64,000 nucleotides of DNA. Origin: Octopus vulgaris. Lineage: Eukaryota. Each line of letters begins with the position of its first letter. The first letter of the stretch is position 1. A program made the translations under genes and the position numbers. Shown in pieces: positions 13,990-27,748 of the stretch. The DNA is taken from positions 27,404,001 to 27,468,000 of the forward strand of contig OX597834.1 in NCBI GenBank assembly GCA_951406725.2, read 5' to 3'. The notes beneath the pieces are model-generated. The model saw nothing but the letters and a program-made list of their open reading frames with translations, was not told where the DNA came from and made no database searches.

Positions 13990-14882
13990 AGAAAAGGTTT
14001 ACAGAATTCCGTTCTGGAGATTTTTCACTCAAAGATGACCAACGTTCTGTTCGACCTACTGAAGTTGATGATGACCGAAATCAAAGCCATAATTGAATCC
14101 GATTGTCATATAATTGTGGGAGAGATTGCAGAGAGGTTAAATGTATCACATACAACAATTGAAAATCACTTTAAATGTCTTGGACACGTTAAGAAGCTTG
14201 ATATTTGGGTTCCACATAAATTGAAAGAGATTCATTTAACACAACGAATCAATATTAGTTATATGCATCTCAAACGCAATAAAATCGACCTTTTTTTAAA
14301 TGAATCATCACCGGTGAGGAAAAATGGATTGCCTACAAAAGCATCAATTGAAAATGATCATGATCCAAGAGCAATGACTCGGCACAAACCATACCGAAGG
14401 CTGAATTGCATCAAAAAAGGTCATACTGTAAATTTGGTGGGATTACAAAGGTGTTGTGCATTTTGAGCTATTTTCAAGGAACCAAACGTTTAAATTCAGA
14501 TGTTTGCTGTTAACAACTAAAGAAACTCGAAGAAGCAATCAAGGAAAAACGGCCAGAATTGGCAAATCGTAAAGGAATCGGATTCCACCATGACAACGCT
14601 AGACCAGGCACGTCTTTGCTAACTCTTGAAACGTTACTTGAGCTTGGTTGGGAAGTGATCCACCATATAGCCCTCACCTTGAACCATCAGATTACCATTT
14701 GTTTCGAAGTTTGTAAAATTCTTTGAATGGTAAAACTTTCAATAATAAGGATGACCTGAAATCGCACTTGCTTCAGTTTTTGGATGATAAGGTACAGAAG
14801 TTCTACAAGCGCGGAATCGTGAAGTTGCCAGAAAGATGGCAAAAGGTCATCGAATAAAATGGTAAATATATAACTGATTAAT
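13990..14882 (+). pseudogene. Tc1/mariner (mariner-type DD34D) transposase remnant with frameshifts and stops
   Basis: Translates to EIAERLNVSHTTIENH (HTH), WVPHKL (WVPHEL motif), HHDNARP and PYSPHLEPSDYHLF (YSPDLAPSDYHLF motif). TIRs not seen. Confidence 0.92.
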
Positions 14883-14901
14883 AACAACTAGCCTCTCTCT
14901 C

Positions 14902-15203
14902 GTGAAGGCACATGGCCTAGTGGTTAGAGCAGAGAACTCGCGGTCGAGGGATCACGGGTTCGAATCTCAGACCGGGTGATGTGTGTGTTTATGAGCGAAA
15001 CACTTAAGTTCCACGCGGCTCCGGCAGAAGGTAATGGCGAACTTCTGCTGACTCTTTCGCCACAACTTTCTCTCACTCTTTCCTCCTGCATCTTGCAGCT
15101 CGCCTGCGACGGACCGGCGTCCCGTCCAGGTGGGGAACCTATACGCCAAGGAAACTGGGAAACCGGCCCTTATGAGCCAGGCATAGCTCGAGAAGGAACA
15201 AAC
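14902..15203 (+). mobile_element. SINE family C, tail variant 2
   Basis: Near-identical to the reverse complement of 1378-1693. Confidence 0.88.
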
Positions 15204-15222
15204 GAAACCCCCTCTTTCTCTG

Positions 15223-15372
<150 letters not shown>

Positions 15373-15402
15373 TGTATATATATATATGTATATATGTATA
15401 TA

Positions 15403-15479
<77 letters not shown>

Positions 15480-15498
15480 GTATACACATATCTGTTTG

Positions 15499-15533
<35 letters not shown>

Positions 15534-15819
15534 CTGTGTTCCTTCTTTCCTTCCCTTTGTACCCCTCACCCTCCTCTTCTCTCTCTCCCTCTCTCCCCCT
15601 CTCTCTCTCTCTCTCTGTCACTTAACCTTCTTATCGTTTTGTTTGTTATTCCTACTTAATTCCTGTCTCTCCTCCTCCTCCTCCTCCTCTCACTTTCCCC
15701 CTCTTCAAGTGTTTACCCATTCCATGGCGTTCATTTCACTTCAACATCTCAATTGGATCGAAAAACCGTCTTCAGATACATTCTGAGGGTCTTTTAAAAA
15801 CAGTTCTTCACTTTCCATC

Positions 15820-16460
15820 AACACCGCCGCCGCCACCATCACAACCACAGCCACCACCAGTGCCACCACTGTCACCACCTCCACTACCATCGCCATCACC
15901 TCAGTCACCATCTCCAACACCATCACAACCGTCATCACTACCATTACCAACACTACTACCACAGTTCTGACCACCACCATCACCACCACCACCACCTCAA
16001 CCACCACCACCACCACCATCACCATCACCACCACCACCACCACCATCACCACCACCACCACCACCACCACCACCACCACCACCGTCACCATCACCACCAC
16101 TACCACCATTAACACCATCAAAACCACCACCACCACCATCACCACCATCATCACCATCACCACCGTCACCATCACCACCACCACCACTGTCACCACCACC
16201 ACCACCACCACCACCACCACCACCACCACCACCACCACCACCACCACCACCACCACCACCACCACCACCACCATCACCACCATCACCACCACCACCACCA
16301 CCACCACCACCACCATCACCACCACTGTCACCACCACCACAACCACCACCATTAACACCACCACCACCACCACCACCACTGTCACCACCACCACCACCAT
16401 CACCACCGTCACCACCACCACCACCACCACCACCACCGTCACCACACCACCACCACCACA
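15820..16460. repeat. (ACC)n-rich degenerate microsatellite
   Basis: Read directly; source of the poly-V and poly-G ORFs. Confidence 0.95.
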
Positions 16461-16909
16461 CACAACAAACAACACTACATCTCTTCCACTTCAATTTTCA
16501 GACATTGTTTATTGTTGTTGGACTTGTTGATGTTCTTGTTCTTGACGTTGTTGTCATTGCCGTTTCTGGAAATTGTTGTTCTCCTTCTTTTTCTTCTTTT
16601 TTTTGTTTTCCGTGATTGTTCCTTATATTTTCATATAGTATTATATGAATGTTTTGAATTTTTATTTTTTTTAATTATTTCTTTTTTCTTAGAGGATTGT
16701 CTTTGAGAATAATAAATACAAAAAAATCTATTTGTTGAGTTTTTATTATGGTTGTTGTTGTTGTTGCTGTTTTCATTCTAAAAGTTTTTCAGTTGATACC
16801 TCTTACTAGATGGCCGCTGGATACATGTACTAAACTGTATATTTGTGTCTGTGTGTATATATATATATATACATACATGTATACATATATACACATGTAT
16901 ACACACACA

Positions 16910-17028
<119 letters not shown>

Positions 17029-17194
17029 TACGTGTCTATGTGTATACATGTGTACACGTATATTTATATATGTGCTCGCACATACACACATATATATATG
17101 CATATACATATATGTATTTGTTAAGGGTGTGTCATCCATTGTAGCAGCAGCCAGCAGCAGCAGCAGTAGTAGTAGTAGTAGTAGTAGTAGTAGC

Positions 17195-17265
<71 letters not shown>

Positions 17266-17664
17266 AATAACAACTGCTACATCGACCGCAAAAGGAATTG
17301 AGAAACGATAAAAGAAAAGGAAGGAGAAACATAAGAGGAAACATGAACAAGAACAGCAACAAGAATAGAAGGAAAAGAAAAGCGAAGAAAAGGGAAAGAG
17401 GAAAAAGGAAAGCAGGAAAAAGAAAGAAAGAAAGAAAGAAAGAAGAAAAGGAAGAACAGCTACTAATATTACCTCTACAATAGCTACAACAACAATAATA
17501 AAAAGTAAAGGAAGAAAAGGGAGAAGAGGAAGGAGAAGAAAAAAGAAGGACAATAGCATCCACCACCACCACCACCACCACAACAACAACAACAACAACA
17601 ACAGCAACAACTGCTAATATATCTACAACAGTAGATGCTACTACAGCATCTACTACAGTAACAA

Positions 17665-17756
17665 AAGGAAAGAAGGAAAAGAAGAAGAAGAAGAAGAAGA
17701 AGAAGAAGGAGGAGGAGGAGGAGAAGAAGAAGAAGAAGAAGAAGAAGAAGAAGAAG

Positions 17757-17788
<32 letters not shown>

Positions 17789-18350
17789 GAAGAAGAAGAA
17801 GAAGAAGAAGATGCAGAAGAAGAAGGAAAAGTAGTAGTAGAAGAAGAAGAAGAAGAAGAAGAAGACGAAGAAGACGAAGAAGAAGAAGAAGAAGAAGACG
17901 AAGAAGAAGAAGAAGAAGAAGAAGAAGAAGAAGACGAAGAAGAAGAAGAAGAAGAAGAAGAAGAAGACGAAGAAGAAGAAGAAGAAAAAGAAGACGAAGA
18001 AGAAGAAGAAAAGAAGAGAAGAAGAAGAAGAAGAAGAAGAAGAAGAAGAAGAAGAAGAAGACGAAGAAGACGAAGAAGAAGAAGAAGAAGAAGAAGAGAA
18101 GAAGAAGAAGAAGAAGAAGAAGAAGAAGAAGAAGAAGAAGAAGAAGAAGAAGAAGAAGAAGAAGAAGAAGAAGAAGAAGAAGAAGAAGAAGAAGAAGAAG
18201 AAGAAGAAGAAGAAGAAGAAGGAAAAGAAGAAGAAGAAGAAGAAGAAGAAGAAGAAGGAAAAGAAGAAGAAGAAAGAAGAAGAAGAAGAAGAAAAGAAGA
18301 AGAAGAAGAAGAAGAAGAAGAAGAAGAAGAAGAAGAAGAAGAAGAAGAAG

Positions 18351-18380
<30 letters not shown>
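17665..18380. repeat. ~700-bp (GAA)n polypurine tract
   Basis: Read directly from the sequence. Confidence 0.95.
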
Positions 18381-18381
<1 letters not shown>

Positions 18382-18735
18382 GACATCAACAGCAATACTA
18401 ATAATAACAATAGGGCTGAAACGACGACAACAATGAGAGGCAGAAGAATTCTGGGGAGCCTTAAGAGAATCTTGAGAAGTAGTATTTCCTGTTGCGTCTC
18501 ATTCTTTGCCACGTCTAAGGAAACCATATGTAATACAAGACTTTTGGCAGGGACCAGACAATAGCACCAACGCCAGCAACAACAACAACAACAACAGTAC
18601 TAGCAGCATCAGCAGCAGCAGCAAGGGTAGCAGCTATAGACATAAGTATGTTGACTTAAGTGCAAGCTTTAGGCTTGCGATCATTGGATTAATCATGATG
18701 CCGGTGTTAATCGTTAGTCGTTAATCGTTAACGTC

Positions 18736-19124
18736 GTGAAGGCGCAATGGCCCAGTGGTTAGGGCAGCGGACTCGCGGTCGTAGGATCGCGGTTTCGATT
18801 CCCAGACCGGGCGTTGTGAGTCTTTATTGAGCGAAAATACACCTAAAAAGCTCCACGAGGCTCCGGCAGGGGATGGTGGTGATCCCTACTGTACTCTTTC
18901 ACCACAACTTTCTCTCACTCTTACTTCCTGCTTCTGTTGTACCTGTGTTTCAAGGGGCCGGCCTTGTCACTCTCTGTGTCACGCTGAATATCCCCGAGAA
19001 CTACGTTAAGGGTGCACGTGTCTGCGGAGTGCTCATCCATTTACACGTTAATTTCACGAGCAGGCTGTTCCGTTGATTCGGATCAACCGGAACCCTCGTC
19101 GTCGTAACCGACGGAGTGCTTCCC
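18736..19124 (+). mobile_element. SINE family C, tail variant 1, full length
   Basis: tRNA-like A and B boxes; ends CGTAACCGACGGAGTGCTTCC; imperfect TSD AATC(G/A)TTAAC; matches 57903-58287. Confidence 0.9.
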
Positions 19125-19390
19125 AATCATTAACCATTTGCTGTTAAGCCAATCCGATGAAGTAAACGAGAAGGAAATACTGGCAAGCGTGGGTCTATCG
19201 GTAAGGGGTTGTGTATGGAAGGGAGTTGCTGTCGTCAGGAGTTCCTGTCAGAGTGTGGCACTTTGAGCCTTGTATAATAGTCCCGGGTCAGCTTATAGGT
19301 TTTCAGGGAAACGGCATGAAAGCTTTCTCAAAAGACGCGTGGACACACACAAACACACACACACACACAACTATATATGATAGATAAATA

Positions 19391-19621
19391 AGGCGGGGAG
19401 CTGGCAGAAACTTTAGCACGCCGGGCGAAATGCGTAGCCGTATTTCGTCTGCCGCTACGTTCTGAGTTCAAATTCCGCCGAGGTCGACTTTGCCTTTCAT
19501 CCTTTCGGGGTCGATAAATAAAGTACCAGTTACGCACTGGGATCGATGTAATCGACTTGATACCTATGTCTGTCCTTGTTTGTCCTTTCTGTGTTTGGCC
19601 CCTTGTGGGTAGTAAAGAAAT
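19391..19621 (+). mobile_element. SINE family A
   Basis: Full head-to-tail copy ending GGGTAGTAAAGAAATA. Confidence 0.9.
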
Positions 19622-19699
19622 ATATATATGATAGATAATCCTAAAAGTGAAAATTGATATTCATAAAATTGTAAATAATGGTGGAGCAGTTTTTTTGAG

Positions 19700-20375
19700 G
19701 GGATGGAAAATCGATTGCAGCGACCCCAGTATTTCACTTGTACTTATTTTATCGATCTCGAAAGGATGAAAGCAAGATCGGCCTCTACAATATTTCAACT
19801 CGGAACGTAAAGACTGATGAAATTCCGCTAACCATATCGCTCGGCATGCTAACCATTCTGCTAGATCGCCGTCTTAATAAAGCTATTAATATTGATTTCA
19901 AATTTAGGCACGAGGCTAGCGTTTCCCGGTAAAAAGGTAAATCGATTACATCGACCCCAATGCTTGACTGATACTTATTTTATCGACCCCGAAAGGGTGA
20001 AAGGTAAAGTTGTCCTTGGCGGAATTTGAACTCAGAAAGTGAAGATGGCCGAAATACCACTAAGCATTTGCTTAGTTGTAGCAATTCTGTTAAGCACGGC
20101 ACCTTAGTAAGGCTATAAATGTTTGCATGAGAAAGATGGTGAGCTGGCAGAAGTGTTAGCATCCTAGCCAAAATGCTTAGTGGTATTTCGTTCTGAGTTC
20201 AAATTCCGCCGAGGTCAACTTTGCTTTTCATCCTTTCGAGGTCGATTAAATAAGTGCCAGTTACGCACTGGAGTCGATATAATCGACTTAATCCGTTTGT
20301 CTGTCCGTGTTTGCCCCCTCTGTGTTTAGGCCCTTTTGGGCAGTAAAGAAATAGGTATTTCGTCTATCTTTACAT
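19700..20375. mobile_element. cluster of three family A SINE copies (two degenerate minus, one plus at ~20140-20375)
   Basis: TCGACCCCGAAAGG...GGAATTTGAACTCAGAA recurs in both orientations. Confidence 0.75.
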
Positions 20376-20379
20376 TGTG

Positions 20380-20712
20380 TGCATGGCTCAGTGGTTATAG
20401 CGTCGAGCAAACAATCATGAGGTCATGAGTTCAATTCCTGGACTGGGCTGTGTTGTGTTTTTCAGTATGACGCTTGATTTCACATTGCTCCAGTTCACTC
20501 ATCTGTAGAAATGAGTTGTGACAACACTGGTGCCAAGCTGTATCGGCCACTTTGCCTTTTCTCTCGGATAACATCGGTGTCGTGGAGAGTGGGAGGTTAA
20601 TATGCATGGGCGGCTGCTGGTCTTCCATAAACAATCTTGCCCGGGCTTGTACATTGGAAAATAACTTTTTAGGTAAAATCCCATGGTCATTCATGACCGA
20701 AGAGGGTCTTTG
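20380..20712 (+). mobile_element. SINE family D (distinct tRNA-derived SINE), apparently inserted in a family A unit
   Basis: TGGCTCAGTGG A box, GAGTTCAATTCC B box, CATTGCTCCAGTTCACTCATCTGTAGAAATGAG core. Family A sequence resumes at ~20715. Confidence 0.6.
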
Positions 20713-20987
20713 TTCTTTACGTTCTGAGATCAAATACTGACGAAGTCGACCTTTGTTTTTCATCCGTTCGGGGACGATAAAATACGTACCAGTTTAACAC
20801 TATAGTTGATCTAATCGACTTAGACCGCGCCCGAAATAACTGGCCTTAGTGCCAAAGTCTAAAACCTATATTAGCATGTTGAATATTGGGTTAAAAGTTC
20901 TTTGGATAGAAACCAGTCGATAGCTGTCCTTGAGATGCGAACCCTTATAAAAATACATATATATTTATACATGCGTATATATATACA

Positions 20988-21390
20988 TACTCTTTTACTC
21001 TTAAACTCTTTTACTTGTTTCAGTCATTTGACTGCGGTCATTCTGGAGCACCACCTTTAGTCGAGCAAATCGACCCCGGGACTTATTCTTTGTAAGCCCA
21101 GTATTTATTCTATCGGTCTCTTTTGCCGAACCGCTAAGTGACGGGGACGTAAACACACCAGCATCGGTTGTCAAGCAATGCTAGGGGGACAGACACAGAC
21201 GCACAAACACACACGCACATATATATATACATACATATATACGACAGGCTTCTTTCAGTTTCCGTCTACCAAATCCACTCACAAGGCATTGGTCGGCCCG
21301 AGGCTATAGCAGAAGACACTTGCCTAAGATGCCACGCAGTGGGACTGAACCCGGAACCATGTGGTTGGTTAGCAAGCTACTTACCACACA
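20988..21390 (-). mobile_element. SINE family B
   Basis: Matches 182-585. Confidence 0.9.
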
Positions 21391-21655
21391 TGTACATATA
21401 CAGTGAATGTGTCATAATAATATGTATGCAAATGCATTTATGTATGTGTGTGCAACAAGATATAACGGTAGTCTAAAATGAAGAGGTTATCCAATAAGTC
21501 CAATACTAAAGCGTCAAGAGTTGTAACCGTGATTACATAATCATATGTACACACAAACAAATCCATACATGCACACATTTATACATACAGTCACGTACGT
21601 CTGTCTGTGTACGTCAATATGTGTAATGCTTGTATGAAGGTGTGTATGCATGTAA

Positions 21656-21686
<31 letters not shown>

Positions 21687-21741
21687 TGTATGTATGTATG
21701 TATGTATCTATCTATCTATCTATCTATCTATCAATCTATCA

Positions 21742-21802
<61 letters not shown>

Positions 21803-21923
21803 GAATCTATACACATGTAGGTTTATATATTTGCATGCATATTCATTGATGAGTATGCACATATAGGTGTGTTTGTGCGTATCTTCCTATTTATATATCT
21901 GTCTATATCTATGCATGTATACA

Positions 21924-21961
<38 letters not shown>

Positions 21962-22041
21962 AATACATCTTGATTCATGTGAATGTGTATGTATATATAT
22001 TTATCTCTCTCTATCTCACTTTCTCCTCCTGTATATATATA

Positions 22042-22107
<66 letters not shown>

Positions 22108-22108
22108 C

Positions 22109-22207
<99 letters not shown>

Positions 22208-22828
22208 TATATTTATAAACACATCCATCCAACCATATATATATATATATATATATATATTGACATATTCATATACAACTTGCCAAGCCGCCACTCAGTA
22301 AAGTTGCACCTGGTCTTCGGGCGAAATTTGAGACTGCGTAAAGAAACAATTTTTCTGGCTGCTTCTGATGTTGGCCAATTGTGAACGACTGCCAGGAATT
22401 TAATCCAGGAAACCACAGTTGTTTTCGATTTTTATAGCAGTCAGGATGTTTCCGTAACTTACTGCTTTCGGAAACGATCAAATAATGGAATTCCTATATT
22501 GAACTTTGCCGACGTTACATGGGAAGAACACAGAGAAAGGAATAGATATGAGAAGTTAGACGAAGACCTCTTGTAAAGGTCGTGAGAGATTTGTTGTGTA
22601 AAGTAAGGTTTCGTTCTTGATTTAAGGTGGCGAAACTCACATACCTACGCATACAACCACACACATACACACATATTCTAATATCCTTACACACACTCTC
22701 ACTCATGGTCACTAATGCATTCACACACACGTAAATACATACACAAACATATAAACAAACATCTAAATATATATGTATTATGTATGTGTATGCATACACA
22801 TGTATACATATATATATATCTGTATATG

Positions 22829-22870
<42 letters not shown>

Positions 22871-22895
22871 CACACACTCACTTTATCTGTCTATC

Positions 22896-23074
<179 letters not shown>

Positions 23075-23420
23075 GTCTGGCTATCTTTATCCCTATATAT
23101 GCATAGACACAAACACTCAAATATATGTGTGCGTTTGCGTGTGTGTGCGCACGCGTGCCTATGTGTGTGTTTTTCTCTGTGTGGGAGGCTCTGTGTGTGT
23201 ATGTGTGTCTGTAGACATGTATAATAGAAACGAGGGACTTTTGGAAGAAGGAAAATATATGAAAGAAAGGGGAGTGGGGGAGATAGGCATATATAAAGAG
23301 AATGAGGGAGAAAGAGAAACGGTGGGAAAGACAAAGAGAGAGAGAAATGATACTGCGAAGGAATTTTTATCTGCTAAACAAATATTCGGACTGCATGCGT
23401 ATATACTGTTTATACATGTA

Positions 23421-23471
<51 letters not shown>

Positions 23472-23504
23472 CTTCAACATGCTTTCACATTCATATTGGT
23501 AGAT

Positions 23505-23535
<31 letters not shown>

Positions 23536-23644
23536 TACACACACACACACACGTATACAACACAATGTTTCGTACATCTATGTGTTTGAAGCCAAAGTGA
23601 AGTGTATGCAACGTAACTTTATATTTGCACGTGTATGTGTGTGC

Positions 23645-23684
<40 letters not shown>

Positions 23685-23765
23685 ATGTGTTTGTGTGTAT
23701 ATTCACCCACAGAAACAAACATGTATATGTATATAAATAAGTGTGTGTGTTAATATATAATGTTG

Positions 23766-23799
<34 letters not shown>

Positions 23800-23809
<10 letters not shown>

Positions 23810-24255
23810 GTCTATAGATTCGTTTTGCAAGATTCTCGATGTGAATTCGTGCGTTGAAACAGATATTTTTGTATTTGGGTATGGCCATGTTGCCAGTTTA
23901 GCCAATAAAAACACACGCAATATATATTCGGTGTTCGCTTGCTTCGGCTTTTTTTTAATATTAATCGTATTTCGGCCAGAGTTCTTTCTTCAAAGTTCTG
24001 TGACCTCATCAGTGGTCCTTTACTTTCTTATTTCTATTTTGTGTGTCTTGCCATTTTGTATTGGCCGATAATTACTAAGGAAAGATACACAAAAAGAAAG
24101 AAGGAAACAAAGGACCACTGATGAGGTCACAGTAGTGTGACGAAAGAACTCTGGCTGAAATACGATCAATATAAAATAAAGCTGAAGCAAGTGAACACTG
24201 CGTGTGTTTTTATTGGCTAAACTGGCAACATGACCATCCCCAAGTACAACAATTT
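23800..24255. mobile_element. TA-embedded PLE-like fragment with ~180-bp imperfect inverted repeat
   Basis: Arms ~23865-24050 and ~24082-24253. Each carries CTGATGA-GGTCA...TGGC(C/T)-GAAA. Confidence 0.7.
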
Positions 24256-24385
24256 ATATATGATTTATATTTAAAGATCGTGGCGCTTTAGGTGTATTCG
24301 CTCAATACACACACACAACGCCCGGTCTGGGAATCGAAACCTCGATCCTCCGACCGCTAGTCCGATGCCCTAACTATTGCGCCTC

Positions 24386-24497
<112 letters not shown>

Positions 24498-24504
24498 GTA
24501 TATA

Positions 24505-24737
24505 TATTTCTTTACTACCCAGAAGGGGCTAAACACAGAGGGGATAAACAAGGACAGACAAACGGATTAAGTCGATTACATCGACCCCAGTGCGTAACTG
24601 GTACTTAATTTATCGACTCCGAAAGGATGAAAGGCAAAGTCGACCTCGGCGGAATTTGAACTCACAACGTAACGGTAGACGAAATACGGTTACGCATTTC
24701 GCCCGGCGTGCTAACGTTTCTGCCAGCTCGCCGCCTA
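24505..24737 (-). mobile_element. SINE family A
   Basis: Full copy. Confidence 0.9.
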
Positions 24738-24760
24738 TACATATATATATATATTAACAT

Positions 24761-24845
<85 letters not shown>

Positions 24846-25077
24846 CCTCTATATATATGTGTGTATATATATATATATATATTTGTACTTTTTACCTTTT
24901 ACTTGTCTTAGTCATTTGACTGCAGCCATGCATTACATAGATAACCCTGTTTGGCCCTGTTTATATATCATGTAAAACCCCAAAACGACTCAACATGTTT
25001 GTTTCACTCAGAATTTAATTGCATCATTTCTTCCGCTCTAATGTTACCTTAAAGTTTTTTTAAAGGATGAAGAGAGC

Positions 25078-25650
25078 AGTACGCCAGACGAAATGCTTAG
25101 CTGTATTTCGTCTGCCGCTACGTTCTGAGTTCAAATTCCGCCGAGGTTGACTTTGCCTTTCATCCTTTCGGGGTCGATTAAATAAGTACCAATCACGCAC
25201 TGGGGTCGATATAATCGACTTAATATGTTTGTCTGTCCTTGTTTGTCCTCTCTGTGTTTAGCCCCTTGTGGGTAGTAAAGAAATAGGTATTTCGTCTGCC
25301 ACTACGTTCTGAGTTCAAATTCCGCCGAGGTTGACTTTGCCTTTCATCCTTTCGGGGTCGATTAAATAAGTACCAATCACGCACTGGGGTCGATATAATC
25401 GACTTAATATGTTTGTCTGTCCTTGTTTGTCCTCTCTGTGTTTAGCCCCTTGTGGGTAGTAAAGAAATAGGTATTTCGTCTGCCACTACGTTCTGAGTTC
25501 AAATTCCGCCGAGGTCGACTTTGCCTTTCATCCTTTCGGGGTCGATTAAATAAATACCAATCACGCACTGGGGTCGATATAATCGACTTAATATGTTTGT
25601 CTGTCCTTGTTTGTCCTCTCTGTGTTTAGCCCCTTGTGGGTAGCAAAGAA
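25078..25650 (+). mobile_element. SINE family A tandem trimer, 184-bp period
   Basis: GTATTTCGTCTGCC at 25103, 25287 and 25471. Confidence 0.92.
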
Positions 25651-25829
25651 ACAAGTAACTTCGCAAGTCATTAGCTAGGTCGATCCTCTTTCCTGGTGAA
25701 TATATGGCCGCCCCAGAATTTGATTATTGCTATTGCGCAAAAGAAAGCATTCGGTCCAGACGTGTAATAAAACGCAAGAAGAGTGGATTTCGCTACTTTT
25801 GGAAGCTAGGAATCTTCGCCAAGTAATTA

Positions 25830-25891
<62 letters not shown>

Positions 25892-25934
25892 CAGCAGCAG
25901 TAGTGGTGGTGGTGGTAGTTGCAGTGGTAGTTTA

Positions 25935-26168
25935 AGGCGGCGAGCTGGCAGAAACGTTAGCACGCCGGGCGAAATGCTTAGCGGTATTTCGTCTGCGTTA
26001 CGTTGTGAGTTCAAATTCCGCCGAGGTCGACTTTGCCTTTCATCCTTTCGGGGTCGATAAATTAAGTACCAGTTACGCACTGGGGTCGATGTAATCGACT
26101 TAATAACTATGTCTGTCCTTGTTCGTCCCCTCTGTTTTTAGCCCCTTGTGGGTAATAAAGAAATAGGT
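25935..26168 (+). mobile_element. SINE family A
   Basis: Full copy within a (GTA)n tract. Confidence 0.9.
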
Positions 26169-26450
26169 AGTTGTAGTAGTAGTAGTAGCAGCAGTAGTGG
26201 TGATGGTGGTGGTGGTGGTGGTGGTGGTGGTGGTGAATGGTATAGTAACGTACGGATATGATAATAAGTACGACGATATGGTGTACCAGAAGGTTTTGGA
26301 AAGAAACGGTCTTCTCAAAAAACAGCAAAGGGTGGAACTCTATATGCATCCTGCTAGAGACTATGTCACGTTTTGCAAAGAATTCCTCTCCTTACCATTA
26401 TTATTATTATTATGATTCTTCTTCTTCTTCTTCTTCTTATTTTTCTTCTT

Positions 26451-26513
<63 letters not shown>

Positions 26514-26748
26514 TTTATTCTTTTTATTCTTCTTCTTTTTCTTCTCCTTCTCCTTCTTCTTCTTCTTCTTCTTTTTCTTCTTCTTCTTCTTCTTCTTTTT
26601 CTTCTTCTTCTTCTTCTTCTTCTTCTTCTTCTTCCTTCTTCTTCTTTCTTTTTCTTCTTCTTCTTCTTCTTCTTCTTCTTCTTCTTCTTCTTCTTTTTCT
26701 TTTTCTTCTTCTTCTTCTACTTCTTCTTCTAATTATTATTAACATTAT

Positions 26749-26812
<64 letters not shown>

Positions 26813-27165
26813 GTTATTGTTGATTTTGTTGTTTTTGTTGTTATGTTGTTGTAGATAAGCCACTTCAATGTAGAAGTTAGTGATTTACTGAGGGAAAGCT
26901 TTACAAAAGCTAATCCACTATTTTTATTCGTGTGTTTGTTTATCTATTTATTTATTTGCATATTTATTCCAAATAGATACCAATGGCTGAGATAAGCGTC
27001 TTGTTAGTTGATGTGGTGTAAAAATAACTTGTAAGAAGATTCAGTTTAATTTATTTCAACTCAAGAGGTCAACGGTCGAATCTAACAGACGGAGGTTAAA
27101 ATAATAATACAAAAGCAAATAAATTAAAATAAAAAGGAATTAATAATAATAATAATAATAATAAC

Positions 27166-27220
<55 letters not shown>

Positions 27221-27628
27221 GCAATAATAATAACTATGGTTCCAAATTTTGACACAACGTCAGTAACTGGGGGAGTGAGTAAGTCGATTACGTCGACCCG
27301 AGTGTTTTACTGGTACTCATTTTATGGACCCCAAAAGGATAAAAGCCGATTGGCGGAATTTGAACTCAGACCGTAAAAACAGGCGAAAAGCTGTCAAGCC
27401 TTTTGTCTGGTCTGTTAACGATTCTATCAGCTTGCCACCGTAATAATAAAAATTGTCATCATTGGCTGTCGCACGTTTAGGTGAGAAATGGCTGGAAAAA
27501 GTGGAAAATGCTAAATACTCTAAAAGATGAAATTACAAGAATATGGGCAATGCGGGAGAGCATATACAGTACAATCATATACACACGATACATTTAAACG
27601 TATCTACATACATACATGCATACATGCA

Positions 27629-27666
<38 letters not shown>

Positions 27667-27712
27667 TTTTTTTTCTCTCCTTCTTTCTGTGTTTTTTTTT
27701 CTCTCTGTGTAC

Positions 27713-27748
27713 CTTTCTGTTGAAGAGCGTAGGCTCGAAACGTTAAAG
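27713..27748 (+). ncRNA. minimal hammerhead ribozyme motif with a core substitution
   Basis: CUUU-CUGUUGAA-GAGC GUAG GCUC-GAAACGU-U-AAAG. Stems I and II are perfect; A6 is replaced by U. Confidence 0.6.

Noticed and set aside
22270-22640. Unique-sequence block as a coding exon
   Set aside because: Only short open frames, with no recognisable protein motif or clear splice pair.
25078-25650. CRISPR-like regular repeats
   Set aside because: Contiguous 184-bp SINE units with no unique spacers, no cas genes and a eukaryotic context.
26197-26415. Protein-looking ORF (YGYDNKYDDMVYQKVLERNG...)
   Set aside because: Bounded by microsatellites, with no convincing splice sites or recognisable motif.
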